Assembly (NCBI GenBank): GCA_944372205.1
Contig: CALVYM010000003.1
Coordinates: 1 to 35,374, forward strand
Direction: 5' to 3'
Source: an uncultured Bacilli bacterium
GTDB lineage: Bacteria > Bacillota_I > Bacilli_A > RF39 > UBA660
Length of the DNA stretch: 35,374 nucleotides
Position 1 is the first letter of the stretch. Every line of letters begins with the position of its first letter. The translations under genes were made by a program, and so were the position numbers. A model generated the notes under the pieces. That model saw only the letters and a program-made list of their open reading frames with translations, was not told the DNA's origin and searched no databases. Below are positions 8,162 through 16,916 of the stretch, piece by piece.

Positions 8162-9067
8162 ATGTTAAGAAGATCATCAATTAGAAGAATTATGCTAGCT
8201 ACTCTTGCTTTGTTTTTATTATTAATCATTTATTTTTTTCCAACTAGTCCAAATATTAATGAATCACTTTCTTATATAGAAAAAGAAGAAATACCTATAT
8301 TTTTAGTAGATAATATGGAATATATTGCTAGAACATCGATTATAAAAACAAGTGATAATGCTGATGATTTAATTAAAGAAGTTATTGAGAGTTTAACTAT
8401 TGGATCAAATAAATCTAATTATATTCGTGAAGGTTTTAAAGCAATAATTCCAGAAAATACTAAAGTATTAGATATAAAACTAGAAGATAGTATTTTAACT
8501 ATTAATTTTAGTAAAGAAATTTTAAATGTATCAGTAGATAATGAAGAAAAAATGCTTGAAGCTATAATATATTCTCTTAGTGAAATAAAAGATATTAAAA
8601 AGATTAAAATATTAGTTGAAGGTAACCCTTTAACTAATTTACCAAATAGTAATAAAAAATTACCAGAACTTTTAGATAAAAATTATGGTATTAATAAAAT
8701 ATATAATTTAGATTCAATTAAAGATACTAGTAAAACTACTATTTATTATTTAAGTAAATATAATGATTATTATTACTATGTTCCTGTAACTAAAATTAGT
8801 AATGAAAATATTGAAAAAGCACAAATAATTATTAATGAACTTAAAACTACTCCGATATATCATACTAACCTTATAAGTTATTTAGCAGCATCAACTAATT
8901 TAACTAACTATGAAATACTTGAAGAAAGCATATCTCTATCTTTTGATAATCACTTACTTGCAGGTATTGATGATGAAGATATGCTTGAAGAAGTAAAATA
9001 TGCAATTTCCCTATCTATTAGAGATTCTTATGGAATTGATGAAGTAATATTTAATTTTCCAGAATAG
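8162..9067 (+). CDS. gerM: GerM family protein (two GerMN domains)
   Basis: N-terminal TM; motifs AIIPENTKVL, INFSKE, YYYVPVTK; synteny with gerE. Confidence 0.85.
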   Translation: MLRRSSIRRIMLATLALFLLLIIYFFPTSPNINESLSYIEKEEIPIFLVDNMEYIARTSIIKTSDNADDLIKEVIESLTIGSNKSNYIREGFKAIIPENTKVLDIKLEDSILTINFSKEILNVSVDNEEKMLEAIIYSLSEIKDIKKIKILVEGNPLTNLPNSNKKLPELLDKNYGINKIYNLDSIKDTSKTTIYYLSKYNDYYYYVPVTKISNENIEKAQIIINELKTTPIYHTNLISYLAASTNLTNYEILEESISLSFDNHLLAGIDDEDMLEEVKYAISLSIRDSYGIDEVIFNFPE

Positions 9068-9068
9068 A

Positions 9069-9095
9069 AAAAATCCCTAAATAGGGACTTATTTT
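9069..9095. terminator. Bidirectional terminator between gerM and tRNA-Arg
   Basis: A run, tcccta-aa-taggga, T-rich tail. Confidence 0.65.
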
Positions 9096-9101
9096 ACCAA
9101 A

Positions 9102-9178
9102 TGGTGTCCTCGAAGCGATTCGAACGCTTGACCGTACGCTTAGAAGGCGTATGCTCTATCCAGCTGAGCTACGAGGAC
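9102..9178 (-). tRNA. tRNA-Arg(TCT)
   Basis: GTCCTCG acceptor stem, anticodon arm TACGC-CT-TCT-AA-GCGTA, GTTCGAAT T-loop, encoded CCA. Promoter TTGCAT-N17-TATAAT at 9219-9191. Confidence 0.97.
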
Positions 9179-9279
9179 ATCAACAAGATAATTATAGTAT
9201 AAATTTTTAAAGAATGCAATACTTTTGCTTGTAATAAATTTAAGAATTTGATAATATATTTATAGAAAGGAGTATATAT

Positions 9280-9744
9280 ATGAATTATTACGACTATAAT
9301 AGCATAACTTCAACTGCAAATACTCTTGAAGGCGTTGCTGTATGGACAATAGTTTCTTTAATACTAGCTATTATTGGTGGAGTTTTAGTTTATTTCTTAT
9401 TCATCAAAAATAAACATTTAAAATTAACTCCATTCTTAAAGAATTTAAGAGACTTACTAGATTTTAAAGTAATGATTTTAGAAACAATACTAAAAATACT
9501 ATATTTAATTATTACAATATTTGTTATTTTAGTATCATTTAGCTTTATTGCTGTTAATTTCTTAACATTCTTACTAGTTTTAATTTTTGGACCAATAATT
9601 GTTAGAATTATTTATGAAGCATCAATGATGTTAATAATGATTTGGAAGAATACCAAAATAATTGCTGATAATACTACACCAAAAGAAACTAAAAAAGATG
9701 TTAAAGAAACTAAGAAAAAAGAAACAAAAGAAGAAGAAGATTAA
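9280..9744 (+). CDS. Three-TM membrane protein (DUF4282-like)
   Basis: Hydrophobic helices, GPIIVRIIYE motif, K/E-rich tail; SD AAAGGAG. Confidence 0.7.
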   Translation: MNYYDYNSITSTANTLEGVAVWTIVSLILAIIGGVLVYFLFIKNKHLKLTPFLKNLRDLLDFKVMILETILKILYLIITIFVILVSFSFIAVNFLTFLLVLIFGPIIVRIIYEASMMLIMIWKNTKIIADNTTPKETKKDVKETKKKETKEEED

Positions 9745-9747
9745 TGC

Positions 9748-9783
9748 AAAAAAAAGAATTCCTTATACATTAGGAATTTTTTT
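9748..9783. terminator. Bidirectional terminator
   Basis: aattcct...aggaatt stem flanked by A and T runs, between convergent genes. Confidence 0.7.
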
Positions 9784-10342
9784 ATGCTCTACTTGCGTAT
9801 TTACCATCTTTGGTAGATACTAATATTCTTTCTCCTTGATTAATAAATAGTGGCACCTTTACAACATAACCAGTTTCAATAGTTGCATCTTTAGTAGCAT
9901 TAGTAGCAGTATTACCTTTAACAGCAGGTTCAGTTTCCACTACTTCAAATTCTATTTTTTCCGGTAAAGTAATACCAATAATTTCACCTTCATATGAATC
10001 AATATCAATTTCTAATCCTTCTTTTATAAAGTGAATGTTATCGCCTAAAACAGATGCAGGTATTTCAATTTGTTCATATGTTGTATTATTCATAAATACA
10101 TAGGTATCTCCCATAGCATATAAATATTGGGCATGAACTTTATCTATATGAGCTTTAGTTACTTTAATATTGGTATTAAATGTATCTTCTGTAACTGCTC
10201 CAGTTCTTAAATTTCTTCTTTTAATTCTAACAAATGCTGGACCTTTGCCAGGTTTTACATGTTGAAATTCTACAATAGAATATAGTGCTCCATCCATGAT
10301 AATAGTCATACCATTTTTAATATCATTAATGTTTATATCCAT
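9782..10342 (-). CDS. efp: Elongation factor P
   Basis: QHVKPGKGPAFVR, PAVKGNTA, VPLFINQGE motifs; 186 aa. Confidence 0.98.
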   Translation of the reverse strand: MDININDIKNGMTIIMDGALYSIVEFQHVKPGKGPAFVRIKRRNLRTGAVTEDTFNTNIKVTKAHIDKVHAQYLYAMGDTYVFMNNTTYEQIEIPASVLGDNIHFIKEGLEIDIDSYEGEIIGITLPEKIEFEVVETEPAVKGNTATNATKDATIETGYVVKVPLFINQGERILVSTKDGKYASRA

Positions 10343-10361
10343 CTAACTCACACTCTTTCTT

Positions 10362-10526
10362 TTATTTTTTTTCTTTAGCAATAACAGTTTTTTTACACTT
10401 AGGACAATATCTTTTAATTTCTAAACGGTCCGGAGTGTTCTTTTTATTTTTACTAACAGGGCGTAACTCATATCCACAAACAGAACATCTCATAGTTACT
10501 TCACTACGGTTTTCTTTTTTTGCCAT
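10362..10526 (-). CDS. rpmG: 50S ribosomal protein L33 (zinc-ribbon form)
   Basis: Not in the ORF track. MAKKENRSEVTMRCSVCGYELRPVSKNKKNTPDRLEIKRYCPKCKKTVIAKEKK*; two CxxC motifs; SD AAGGAGG. Confidence 0.95.
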   Translation of the reverse strand: MAKKENRSEVTMRCSVCGYELRPVSKNKKNTPDRLEIKRYCPKCKKTVIAKEKK

Positions 10527-10621
10527 AATATTCCCTCCTTACTGACAAGTTCTCTATAATTATACCAAAATTATAAGATTTTTCAACTAATTTAGGTTTA
10601 AAATACCAAATTTACTAAAAT

Positions 10622-11458
10622 TTACTCAGTAACTAAGTTTAAAGAATTAGTTAAATCATTTAAAAAACCACTACATGTGCCATTATCTAACTTTATATAA
10701 TAATTTAAAGTATATAATTTATCTTCATAAATTAAAGCATAAATACAAGAATTTTCTTCATTAAAATAATACCATGTATAATTGTTAATAATTATACTAT
10801 CAATATTACTTGCTTGATAAACATTTTTTAAATACATTTCTTCATTATCATAATTATTATTCATAGTTTGGATTATAAAGTTACAATTATTTTCTTTATC
10901 TGTATATTCATAAGAAGAATATGTATTACTTTCATAATTATTTAGAAAACCACTAGGGACATTATAATTAATTTTTGTAACTTTTTCTTCTACAATATCA
11001 TTAGTATGATCTAAAAGGTCAAAAATCATTTCATATTCTTCTTTAAAAGTTATTATAAAGACTACTAAATAAACTACAAGAGCTATTATTAAAGCAATAT
11101 TAGATACTCCACCCTTTTTCTTGATCTTTTCTAATATCTCTTCTTCATTATTAGTACTCATCCTTATTTTTTTAATATCTCTATTTATTTTATATAAATA
11201 TAAATCTTTGAATTTTTTAGCTACAATAAATGAATATATAACAGATATTAAACTAGTAATTGTAGGCATTTTAAAAATTGTATCAAATATTAAAGTTATA
11301 ATAAAACTAATAATATAATAAATAATTGCATATAACCATAACTTACGATAGAAAAAATAAATAATTGATATTAAAAAAGTCGGCCAGGAAAAAGTAGAAT
11401 TCATTATTTTATCATAATTTTTACCAATATAAGCTTTAATATATTTTTCATCTTGCAT
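10622..11458 (-). CDS. DUF2628-like membrane protein with extracellular C-terminal domain
   Basis: AYIGKNY...FSWPTF...YFFYRKLW motif, KKGGVS before the last TM. Start set at ATG 11458 (SD GGTGA) but uncertain. Confidence 0.7.
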   Translation of the reverse strand: MQDEKYIKAYIGKNYDKIMNSTFSWPTFLISIIYFFYRKLWLYAIIYYIISFIITLIFDTIFKMPTITSLISVIYSFIVAKKFKDLYLYKINRDIKKIRMSTNNEEEILEKIKKKGGVSNIALIIALVVYLVVFIITFKEEYEMIFDLLDHTNDIVEEKVTKINYNVPSGFLNNYESNTYSSYEYTDKENNCNFIIQTMNNNYDNEEMYLKNVYQASNIDSIIINNYTWYYFNEENSCIYALIYEDKLYTLNYYIKLDNGTCSGFLNDLTNSLNLVTE

Positions 11459-11487
11459 AATATTCACCATTAACATCCACAAGGAAA

Positions 11488-12399
11488 CTATTTTTTATCA
11501 AATAATTTACCAACATCCGCTTGATTAGTTCCTGCCCCACCTCCAACTATTTGGGATAGTTCTTGCATACTTAAACTAGTTCCTTCTGATATAGTTTCTA
11601 AAGGTATTCCTAGTTTATGCAATCTTTTTGCAGTCTTTATATTTGCGTTCTTTTCTCCCTTCGCGATACCACGCTTTTCTCCATTGGCAAAGCCATCATC
11701 ATACTTTTCTTCTAACTGTGCTTTATGTAGCATTTCCCTATCTTTTTCGGGAGTTACTCCCCAGTAAAACTCAATATTATCATTTATTCTCATAACTATT
11801 TCTTTAAACCTCCTTATATATTTATCTTCTGGATAAAAGCTATCTAATGCATATTTATCTAATTTTAGCATTAATAAATATCTATATTTATCCTTTAACT
11901 TGATATCATTATAGCATAAATTTTCTAGACTATCTATATTTGCATTATAAATTTTAATATTATCCAATATGTATACCTCATTATTGTGTTGATACTCAAA
12001 AACTTCAATAGGGTCTGATGTTTTATTGCAATTAGCATTTAAATTAACTAAGGTATAACAAATTGTGGGATTATACTTATCATTAGTTAATACTTTCTGC
12101 GAAGCATAACTCATTAAATACATATAATTGCGATACATTTTGGATTTATCTAAATCGCCATTATTCATTTCTACCACCATATAACCATAATCAGTTTCTA
12201 CTAAAACATCGAGATTCTTTTCTTTTTCTTCTTTAGTACGCTGTGGTAGAGTTGGGACAATATATCTTTTTACTACTATTTTTCGGTTCAATATAGTACT
12301 AAGAATCAGGCCTAAAATAGATTTACCAAAATCATTATCAATACAAACATTTTTAAATATAACATTATATATAGCTGGAAGAAATTCTTTGGTTTCCAT
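11488..12399 (-). CDS. Rpn family (PD-(D/E)XK nuclease / putative transposase) protein
   Basis: N-terminal VIFK, LDVLVE...VVEMN nuclease core, G-x-x-x-G repeats (GFANGEKRGIAKGEK) and C-terminal AKRL...ETISEGTSLS helix bundle; SD AGGAGG. Confidence 0.85.
   Translation of the reverse strand: METKEFLPAIYNVIFKNVCIDNDFGKSILGLILSTILNRKIVVKRYIVPTLPQRTKEEKEKNLDVLVETDYGYMVVEMNNGDLDKSKMYRNYMYLMSYASQKVLTNDKYNPTICYTLVNLNANCNKTSDPIEVFEYQHNNEVYILDNIKIYNANIDSLENLCYNDIKLKDKYRYLLMLKLDKYALDSFYPEDKYIRRFKEIVMRINDNIEFYWGVTPEKDREMLHKAQLEEKYDDGFANGEKRGIAKGEKNANIKTAKRLHKLGIPLETISEGTSLSMQELSQIVGGGAGTNQADVGKLFDKK
11908..11936 (-). promoter_or_regulatory. Putative internal sigmaA promoter inside rpn
   Basis: TAGATA-N17-TATAAT with TG extension (TGCTATAAT), encoded by codons I-D...C-Y-N. 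Confidence 0.55.
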
Positions 12400-12421
12400 G
12401 ATTTTACCTCCTTGGCTCTAT

Positions 12422-12465
12422 ATAATAACACACTCATTTTAAAAATTTTGTCGAACAATGTCGAA
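12422..12465 (-). promoter_or_regulatory. Spo0A-activated-type promoter of rpn
   Basis: Minus strand TTCGACA-ttg-TTCGACA (two perfect 0A boxes, 12465-12449) upstream of GTGTGTTATTAT extended -10. Confidence 0.65.
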
Positions 12466-12487
12466 AGATTTAAAAAAATTGCAATTT

Positions 12488-14428
12488 TTAATAATTATCT
12501 GCAAGAAAAGAGGTTATTTCTTTAGTTATTTTACTAGCACCATAATACATTGTATCATTAGTTCCATTATTATGAGATATATTAGGAGTTATTACAACAA
12601 CACTGTATTTTGGGTCTTCATTAGGGAAGAAACCTGCAAAAGTTGAAGTAATAGTCTCAACATCGACCACCCCATCATTATTAGAATCATAAAAAGATTC
12701 ACTAGTTCCTGTTTTACCTGCTGCAAGCAAATCATCACGAACATAAATTTTTCCAGTCCCCTCTTTTAAAACTAAAGTTAATCCTTCCCTAATTCTATTT
12801 AAATATTCGGCATCTACTGCAACATCATTAAGTATTTCTATTTCATTTTCAACAACTACCTCATCATCGCATCTAATTTCCTTCATTAGTGATAAACTCA
12901 TCCTTGTTCCACTAGCCATACTATTAATGTACTGTAATACCTCAATTGGAGTATAAGTATCATATTGACCAATTGCTAAATTAAGAAGAAGATCATCAGC
13001 AACAGTAGAACCAATTATACCTGTAGTCTCCCCGGGTAAATCGATGTTAGTGATTGCTCCAAGACCAAAGCTTGCTAACATATCTCGATATATTTTAAAA
13101 TGTTCTTCTGTTGCATTTAACTTCATGTTTGGCTTATAAGTATTACCAGTAAGAGCAATAGCAATCATAAATTGATAATAATTAGAAGAATTGGCTAAAG
13201 CCGTTAGGTCATTTATTCTTCCCAATCTTTTAAAACTACATTTTTCAGGGGTTAGATAAAGTTTTACACAAGAATCAGTTATATACTCACCCATTTTAAT
13301 TAAATTGTTTTGATAACCTACTGCAATAGTTGCACCCTTGACAGCAGAACCTATAGTAAATGATTTATTAATCGTATTAAGAGAAATATCACTCCAAGTA
13401 TCATCACTATTAAGACGAATTCCTGCCATAGCAATAATCTCACCAGTTAATGGATTACTAACTAGAGCATAAGAATCTTTGTAATAATCTGTATTAGGAT
13501 ACTTTTTACCCAATAATATTTTATCTTTAATTATCTCTTCAGCTTTCATTTGAATATCAATATCAATAGATAAAACTAAGTCATTTCCTTTTTGTTCTTC
13601 TTCAACTAAAGTAAGAGTATTATCACTATTTACTAAATATTTGGCCTTTTTTCCTTTCAAATATTCTTCATACTCTTTTTCTAAATAACTAATACCTACA
13701 ATATCTGTTAATTCATAACCCTTACTTAAATACTCATCTTTCTCTTCGCTTGGAATACTTCCAACAGAACCTAATATATTTTTTAAAGTATCTTCATATA
13801 AATATATTCTTTCCCAGGATAGTTCTCCTGTAACACCAGGAATATTACTTTCAATAATTTTTGCATATTCACTATCACTAACTTTCTTTAATATCTCTTT
13901 TTTACTATATACATATCCATCATTCATTAAACTATAAATTTTAGCACACTCTTTAAATAATTCATCTTCTTCATTTAACATCTCTTCACTAATTCGCTCT
14001 ATTTTTAAATCATATATTTCATCACTAGTTATTTTTCTTTCATCTAATAAGTTATACTCTTCTTCAGTTATTAAATTACTACCATTATTATTATTTACTA
14101 ACCAAAACTCTTTTTGTTCCATTATACTTCCTTCATCAATACTTAAAATACTGGCGAGTTTGTAAGCAATTTCAATTTCTTTTTTAGTACTTATACCTTT
14201 TATTTTATTATAATAAATTGTTTTAATACCAAGATTATCTACTAAAACTTTACCATTAGTATCAAGTATCCTTCCTCTTGGAGCACTACCACCATTTACA
14301 TAAATAACTGTTTTATTATTAAGAGCTAAAGTAAAAAATTCTTTATCTGACCAAATAAAAATTAATCTTGTTAAAAAAAGAGTAAAGATAGCAATAACTA
14401 ATAAATATAAATACATTTTCTTTTTCAT
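12488..14428 (-). CDS. pbpA: Class B penicillin-binding protein (PbpA/PBP2a-like transpeptidase)
   Basis: APRGRILD dimerisation motif; catalytic motifs SAVK, SSN, KTGT. Confidence 0.9.
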   Translation of the reverse strand: MKKKMYLYLLVIAIFTLFLTRLIFIWSDKEFFTLALNNKTVIYVNGGSAPRGRILDTNGKVLVDNLGIKTIYYNKIKGISTKKEIEIAYKLASILSIDEGSIMEQKEFWLVNNNNGSNLITEEEYNLLDERKITSDEIYDLKIERISEEMLNEEDELFKECAKIYSLMNDGYVYSKKEILKKVSDSEYAKIIESNIPGVTGELSWERIYLYEDTLKNILGSVGSIPSEEKDEYLSKGYELTDIVGISYLEKEYEEYLKGKKAKYLVNSDNTLTLVEEEQKGNDLVLSIDIDIQMKAEEIIKDKILLGKKYPNTDYYKDSYALVSNPLTGEIIAMAGIRLNSDDTWSDISLNTINKSFTIGSAVKGATIAVGYQNNLIKMGEYITDSCVKLYLTPEKCSFKRLGRINDLTALANSSNYYQFMIAIALTGNTYKPNMKLNATEEHFKIYRDMLASFGLGAITNIDLPGETTGIIGSTVADDLLLNLAIGQYDTYTPIEVLQYINSMASGTRMSLSLMKEIRCDDEVVVENEIEILNDVAVDAEYLNRIREGLTLVLKEGTGKIYVRDDLLAAGKTGTSESFYDSNNDGVVDVETITSTFAGFFPNEDPKYSVVVITPNISHNNGTNDTMYYGASKITKEITSFLADNY

Positions 14429-14483
14429 ATTTATAGTATTTCTTTTTTTTCATTTTTCATACAATATAATAGGTGTGTTATTT

Positions 14484-14744
14484 ATGTATAATTTAATTGA
14501 GAGATATATCTTTATTATGACTAAAGATGATATTGTTAATTTTGCCACGAAAAAAGGCATCAATTTAAGTGATGCCGAAGTAACATTTATTTATAATTTT
14601 CTTAAGAAAAACTGGAGGGATTATTTAAAAAATCCAAGTATATTTGATATTGATCGTTATAAAGATAACTTTAGTTTAGAAAATTTTATAAAGGTTAAAA
14701 AAGTATTTGAAGAATATTATCAAAAGTTTGGAACACTTTTATAA
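14484..14744 (+). CDS. DUF2624/YqfT-like small protein
   Basis: Convergent with nfo as yqfT is in Bacillus; sigmaE-like -10 CATACAAT at 14458-14465; SD AGGTG before ATG 14484. Confidence 0.6.
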   Translation: MYNLIERYIFIMTKDDIVNFATKKGINLSDAEVTFIYNFLKKNWRDYLKNPSIFDIDRYKDNFSLENFIKVKKVFEEYYQKFGTLL

Positions 14745-15616
14745 TAGTTTTCTACATCATTTTCTAAACTCGGATTAAATTTTTTATTCTTAATCATAGC
14801 AATTTCAAATTTATATGGCGGAAATTCATTAATATAAGGTGTTTCTAGTATTTTAGGAACATCTTTTAATTTGGGATTGTATATGACATTTAAAAGATTA
14901 TCAAAACCAATTGTTCCATAGCCAATATTAGCATGTCTATCTTTTTTAGCACCAATTACATTTTTACTATCATTTACATGTACACATTTTATTTTTTCTA
15001 TGCCAATTTCTTTATCAAATTCAGCCAAATAATCATCAAATTTAGCAATATCTACTCCAGAATCATTTAAGTGACAAGTATCAAGACATATGCCCACTTT
15101 TTCTTTTAAATTAACTTTACTAATTATACTTTTAAGTTCATATATATTTATCCCACATTCACTACCTTTACCTGCCATAGTTTCAAGTAGTATCATTGGC
15201 TTAGTGTCTTCATCAATTATATAATTTAGAGCTTCTGCTATATTAAAAAGGGCTTCTTCTCTATCTAGTTTTAGAGCATTACCAGGATGCACTACAATGT
15301 AATTTACTCCCATTTGGGTAATTCTTTTTATTTCATTTTTTAAAAAACTAATAGAAAAATTCCAAGATTCAATCTTTTCTTTATTAGCTAAATTAATAAT
15401 ATATGGCGCATGACATATAACATTGTTAATATCAATATTATTTTCTTTCATATATTCCCAAGCTTTCTCAGTTATATCCCTCTTTAATTCGGCCCTAATA
15501 GTATTTTGGGGAGCTCCAGTATAAAACATAAATGTATTTGCTCCGTAACTTACAGCTGTTTTGGCTGATGCTAATAATTGATCTTTACCAAAAGATACAT
15601 GAGAACCTATAATCAT
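14720..15616 (-). CDS. nfo: Endonuclease IV
   Basis: IGSHVS, HAPYIINL, LLETMAGKG, CLDTCH, HVNDS, DRHANIG, ILETP. Confidence 0.97.
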   Translation of the reverse strand: MIIGSHVSFGKDQLLASAKTAVSYGANTFMFYTGAPQNTIRAELKRDITEKAWEYMKENNIDINNVICHAPYIINLANKEKIESWNFSISFLKNEIKRITQMGVNYIVVHPGNALKLDREEALFNIAEALNYIIDEDTKPMILLETMAGKGSECGINIYELKSIISKVNLKEKVGICLDTCHLNDSGVDIAKFDDYLAEFDKEIGIEKIKCVHVNDSKNVIGAKKDRHANIGYGTIGFDNLLNVIYNPKLKDVPKILETPYINEFPPYKFEIAMIKNKKFNPSLENDVENYYKSVPNF

Positions 15617-15643
15617 TTAAATCACCACTATAATTATACAAAA

Positions 15644-15669
15644 AAAATAGCTTTTAGAAAAGCTATTTT
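15644..15669 (-). terminator. Intrinsic terminator after the pilin gene
   Basis: aaaatagctttt-ag-aaaagctatttt inverted repeat. Confidence 0.7.
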
Positions 15670-15677
15670 AGTTTTTA

Positions 15678-16226
15678 TTATTCTCCACTTGATTTAGGAC
15701 AAGTACTGTACTCAGTTTTCCAATCTGATGTATTGTAATTTTCAACATCATTTAAAGTTATGTCAATATTTTTAGTTGGACTATCCCAATCATCAACTCC
15801 AGCTCCTTCTCCAGCTTCCCCACCATCACGCGAAATTATCATATATTCTTTATTATGCAAATATACTCGGTAAAAATAATTAGTTTTTCCTTTTTTAACG
15901 TAAACTAAACCATCGTAATTATCTTTATCGGCATCGTAAAAACCATTATCAATTAATTTATCAATTTCAATACATTTCCAAGAACCATCTTGAGTAGGTA
16001 ATGAATCTCCACCCATTAAATTACCAGCTGTAAAATAACTTTGAGCAGATTGAATTGCTGAATTGGCTTCTATAGCTAAAGCATTTCTTCTAGCTTTATC
16101 CATTTGAGGAAGTACTGCATTAACAGCAATTAAAATAATGATTGCTAAAACTACGATAACTGCCAGTAATTCGATTAAGGTAAATCCTCTAAAACTATTT
16201 AATTCCTTATTTATTTCTTTATCCAT
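15678..16226 (-). CDS. Type IV pilin-like protein (prepilin cleavage/methylation domain)
   Basis: RG|FTLIELLAVIVVLAIIILIA class III signal with E5; Cys pair; own promoter TTGACT-N17-TATTAT at ~16281-16253. Confidence 0.9.
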   Translation of the reverse strand: MDKEINKELNSFRGFTLIELLAVIVVLAIIILIAVNAVLPQMDKARRNALAIEANSAIQSAQSYFTAGNLMGGDSLPTQDGSWKCIEIDKLIDNGFYDADKDNYDGLVYVKKGKTNYFYRVYLHNKEYMIISRDGGEAGEGAGVDDWDSPTKNIDITLNDVENYNTSDWKTEYSTCPKSSGE

Positions 16227-16287
16227 TTTCTATAAGCACCTCTCTATTTTTAATAATACTATAAATTTTTTAAATAGTCAATAATTT

Positions 16288-16509
16288 TTATTTCAAAAAA
16301 TCTAAAACTGAAGTAATTAAATCCATATTTTCTACTACATTATTAATTTTATCAGTTACGCGTTCTTTATACTTGATTTTCATGTCTTCGCTAAATTTTT
16401 TATAATCGATTGATCCTCTATTTAATTCTTTAAAATAATATGAATTTTCTTTTAAATGATTATATTCTTTTAAGTTTTCTCTAAATTCTTTTTGTAAATA
16501 AACTTGCAT
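16288..16509 (-). CDS. ylbE: YlbE-like family protein
   Basis: LKENSYYFKELNR motif; TAATG-coupled to a ylbD-like gene. Confidence 0.65.
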   Translation of the reverse strand: MQVYLQKEFRENLKEYNHLKENSYYFKELNRGSIDYKKFSEDMKIKYKERVTDKINNVVENMDLITSVLDFLK

Positions 16510-16868
16510 TAATCCTCGAAAAACTTATTAAGTGGTCTTGGAGAAACTGGTCCTTTATTTAAGTTATTAATAGGATTTTGGGGAGCTTTCTTAGTTAAAT
16601 CCCCAATAAAATCAATGGCTTTTTGAGCAGTATTGATATGGCTTTTAATAGAATCAACATTGACATTTTTAACCATATCAGTAATTTTAGAAATACTATC
16701 AACTGCAGCTCTATCATTATTTAAAATATATTTATTCCAAATACTTTCATCTTCTCCATAAATATCATATAATTCATAAAATTTTTGCCATGTCATTTCG
16801 CCGCTTTGAACGTATTTAATTAATTCTGGCTTAGTTTTAATAAAATTTTTAAATGCTTCGTGTTTCAT
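16509..16868 (-). CDS. ylbD: YlbD-like putative spore coat protein
   Basis: FKNFIKTKPELIKYV...TWQKFYELYDIYGEDESIW motif; sigmaE-like ATA-N16-CATAAAAT upstream. Confidence 0.8.
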   Translation of the reverse strand: MKHEAFKNFIKTKPELIKYVQSGEMTWQKFYELYDIYGEDESIWNKYILNNDRAAVDSISKITDMVKNVNVDSIKSHINTAQKAIDFIGDLTKKAPQNPINNLNKGPVSPRPLNKFFED

Positions 16869-16916
16869 AAAAAAAAATCACCCACTAAATTTTATGAATT
16901 AAGTGAGTGTTTTATC

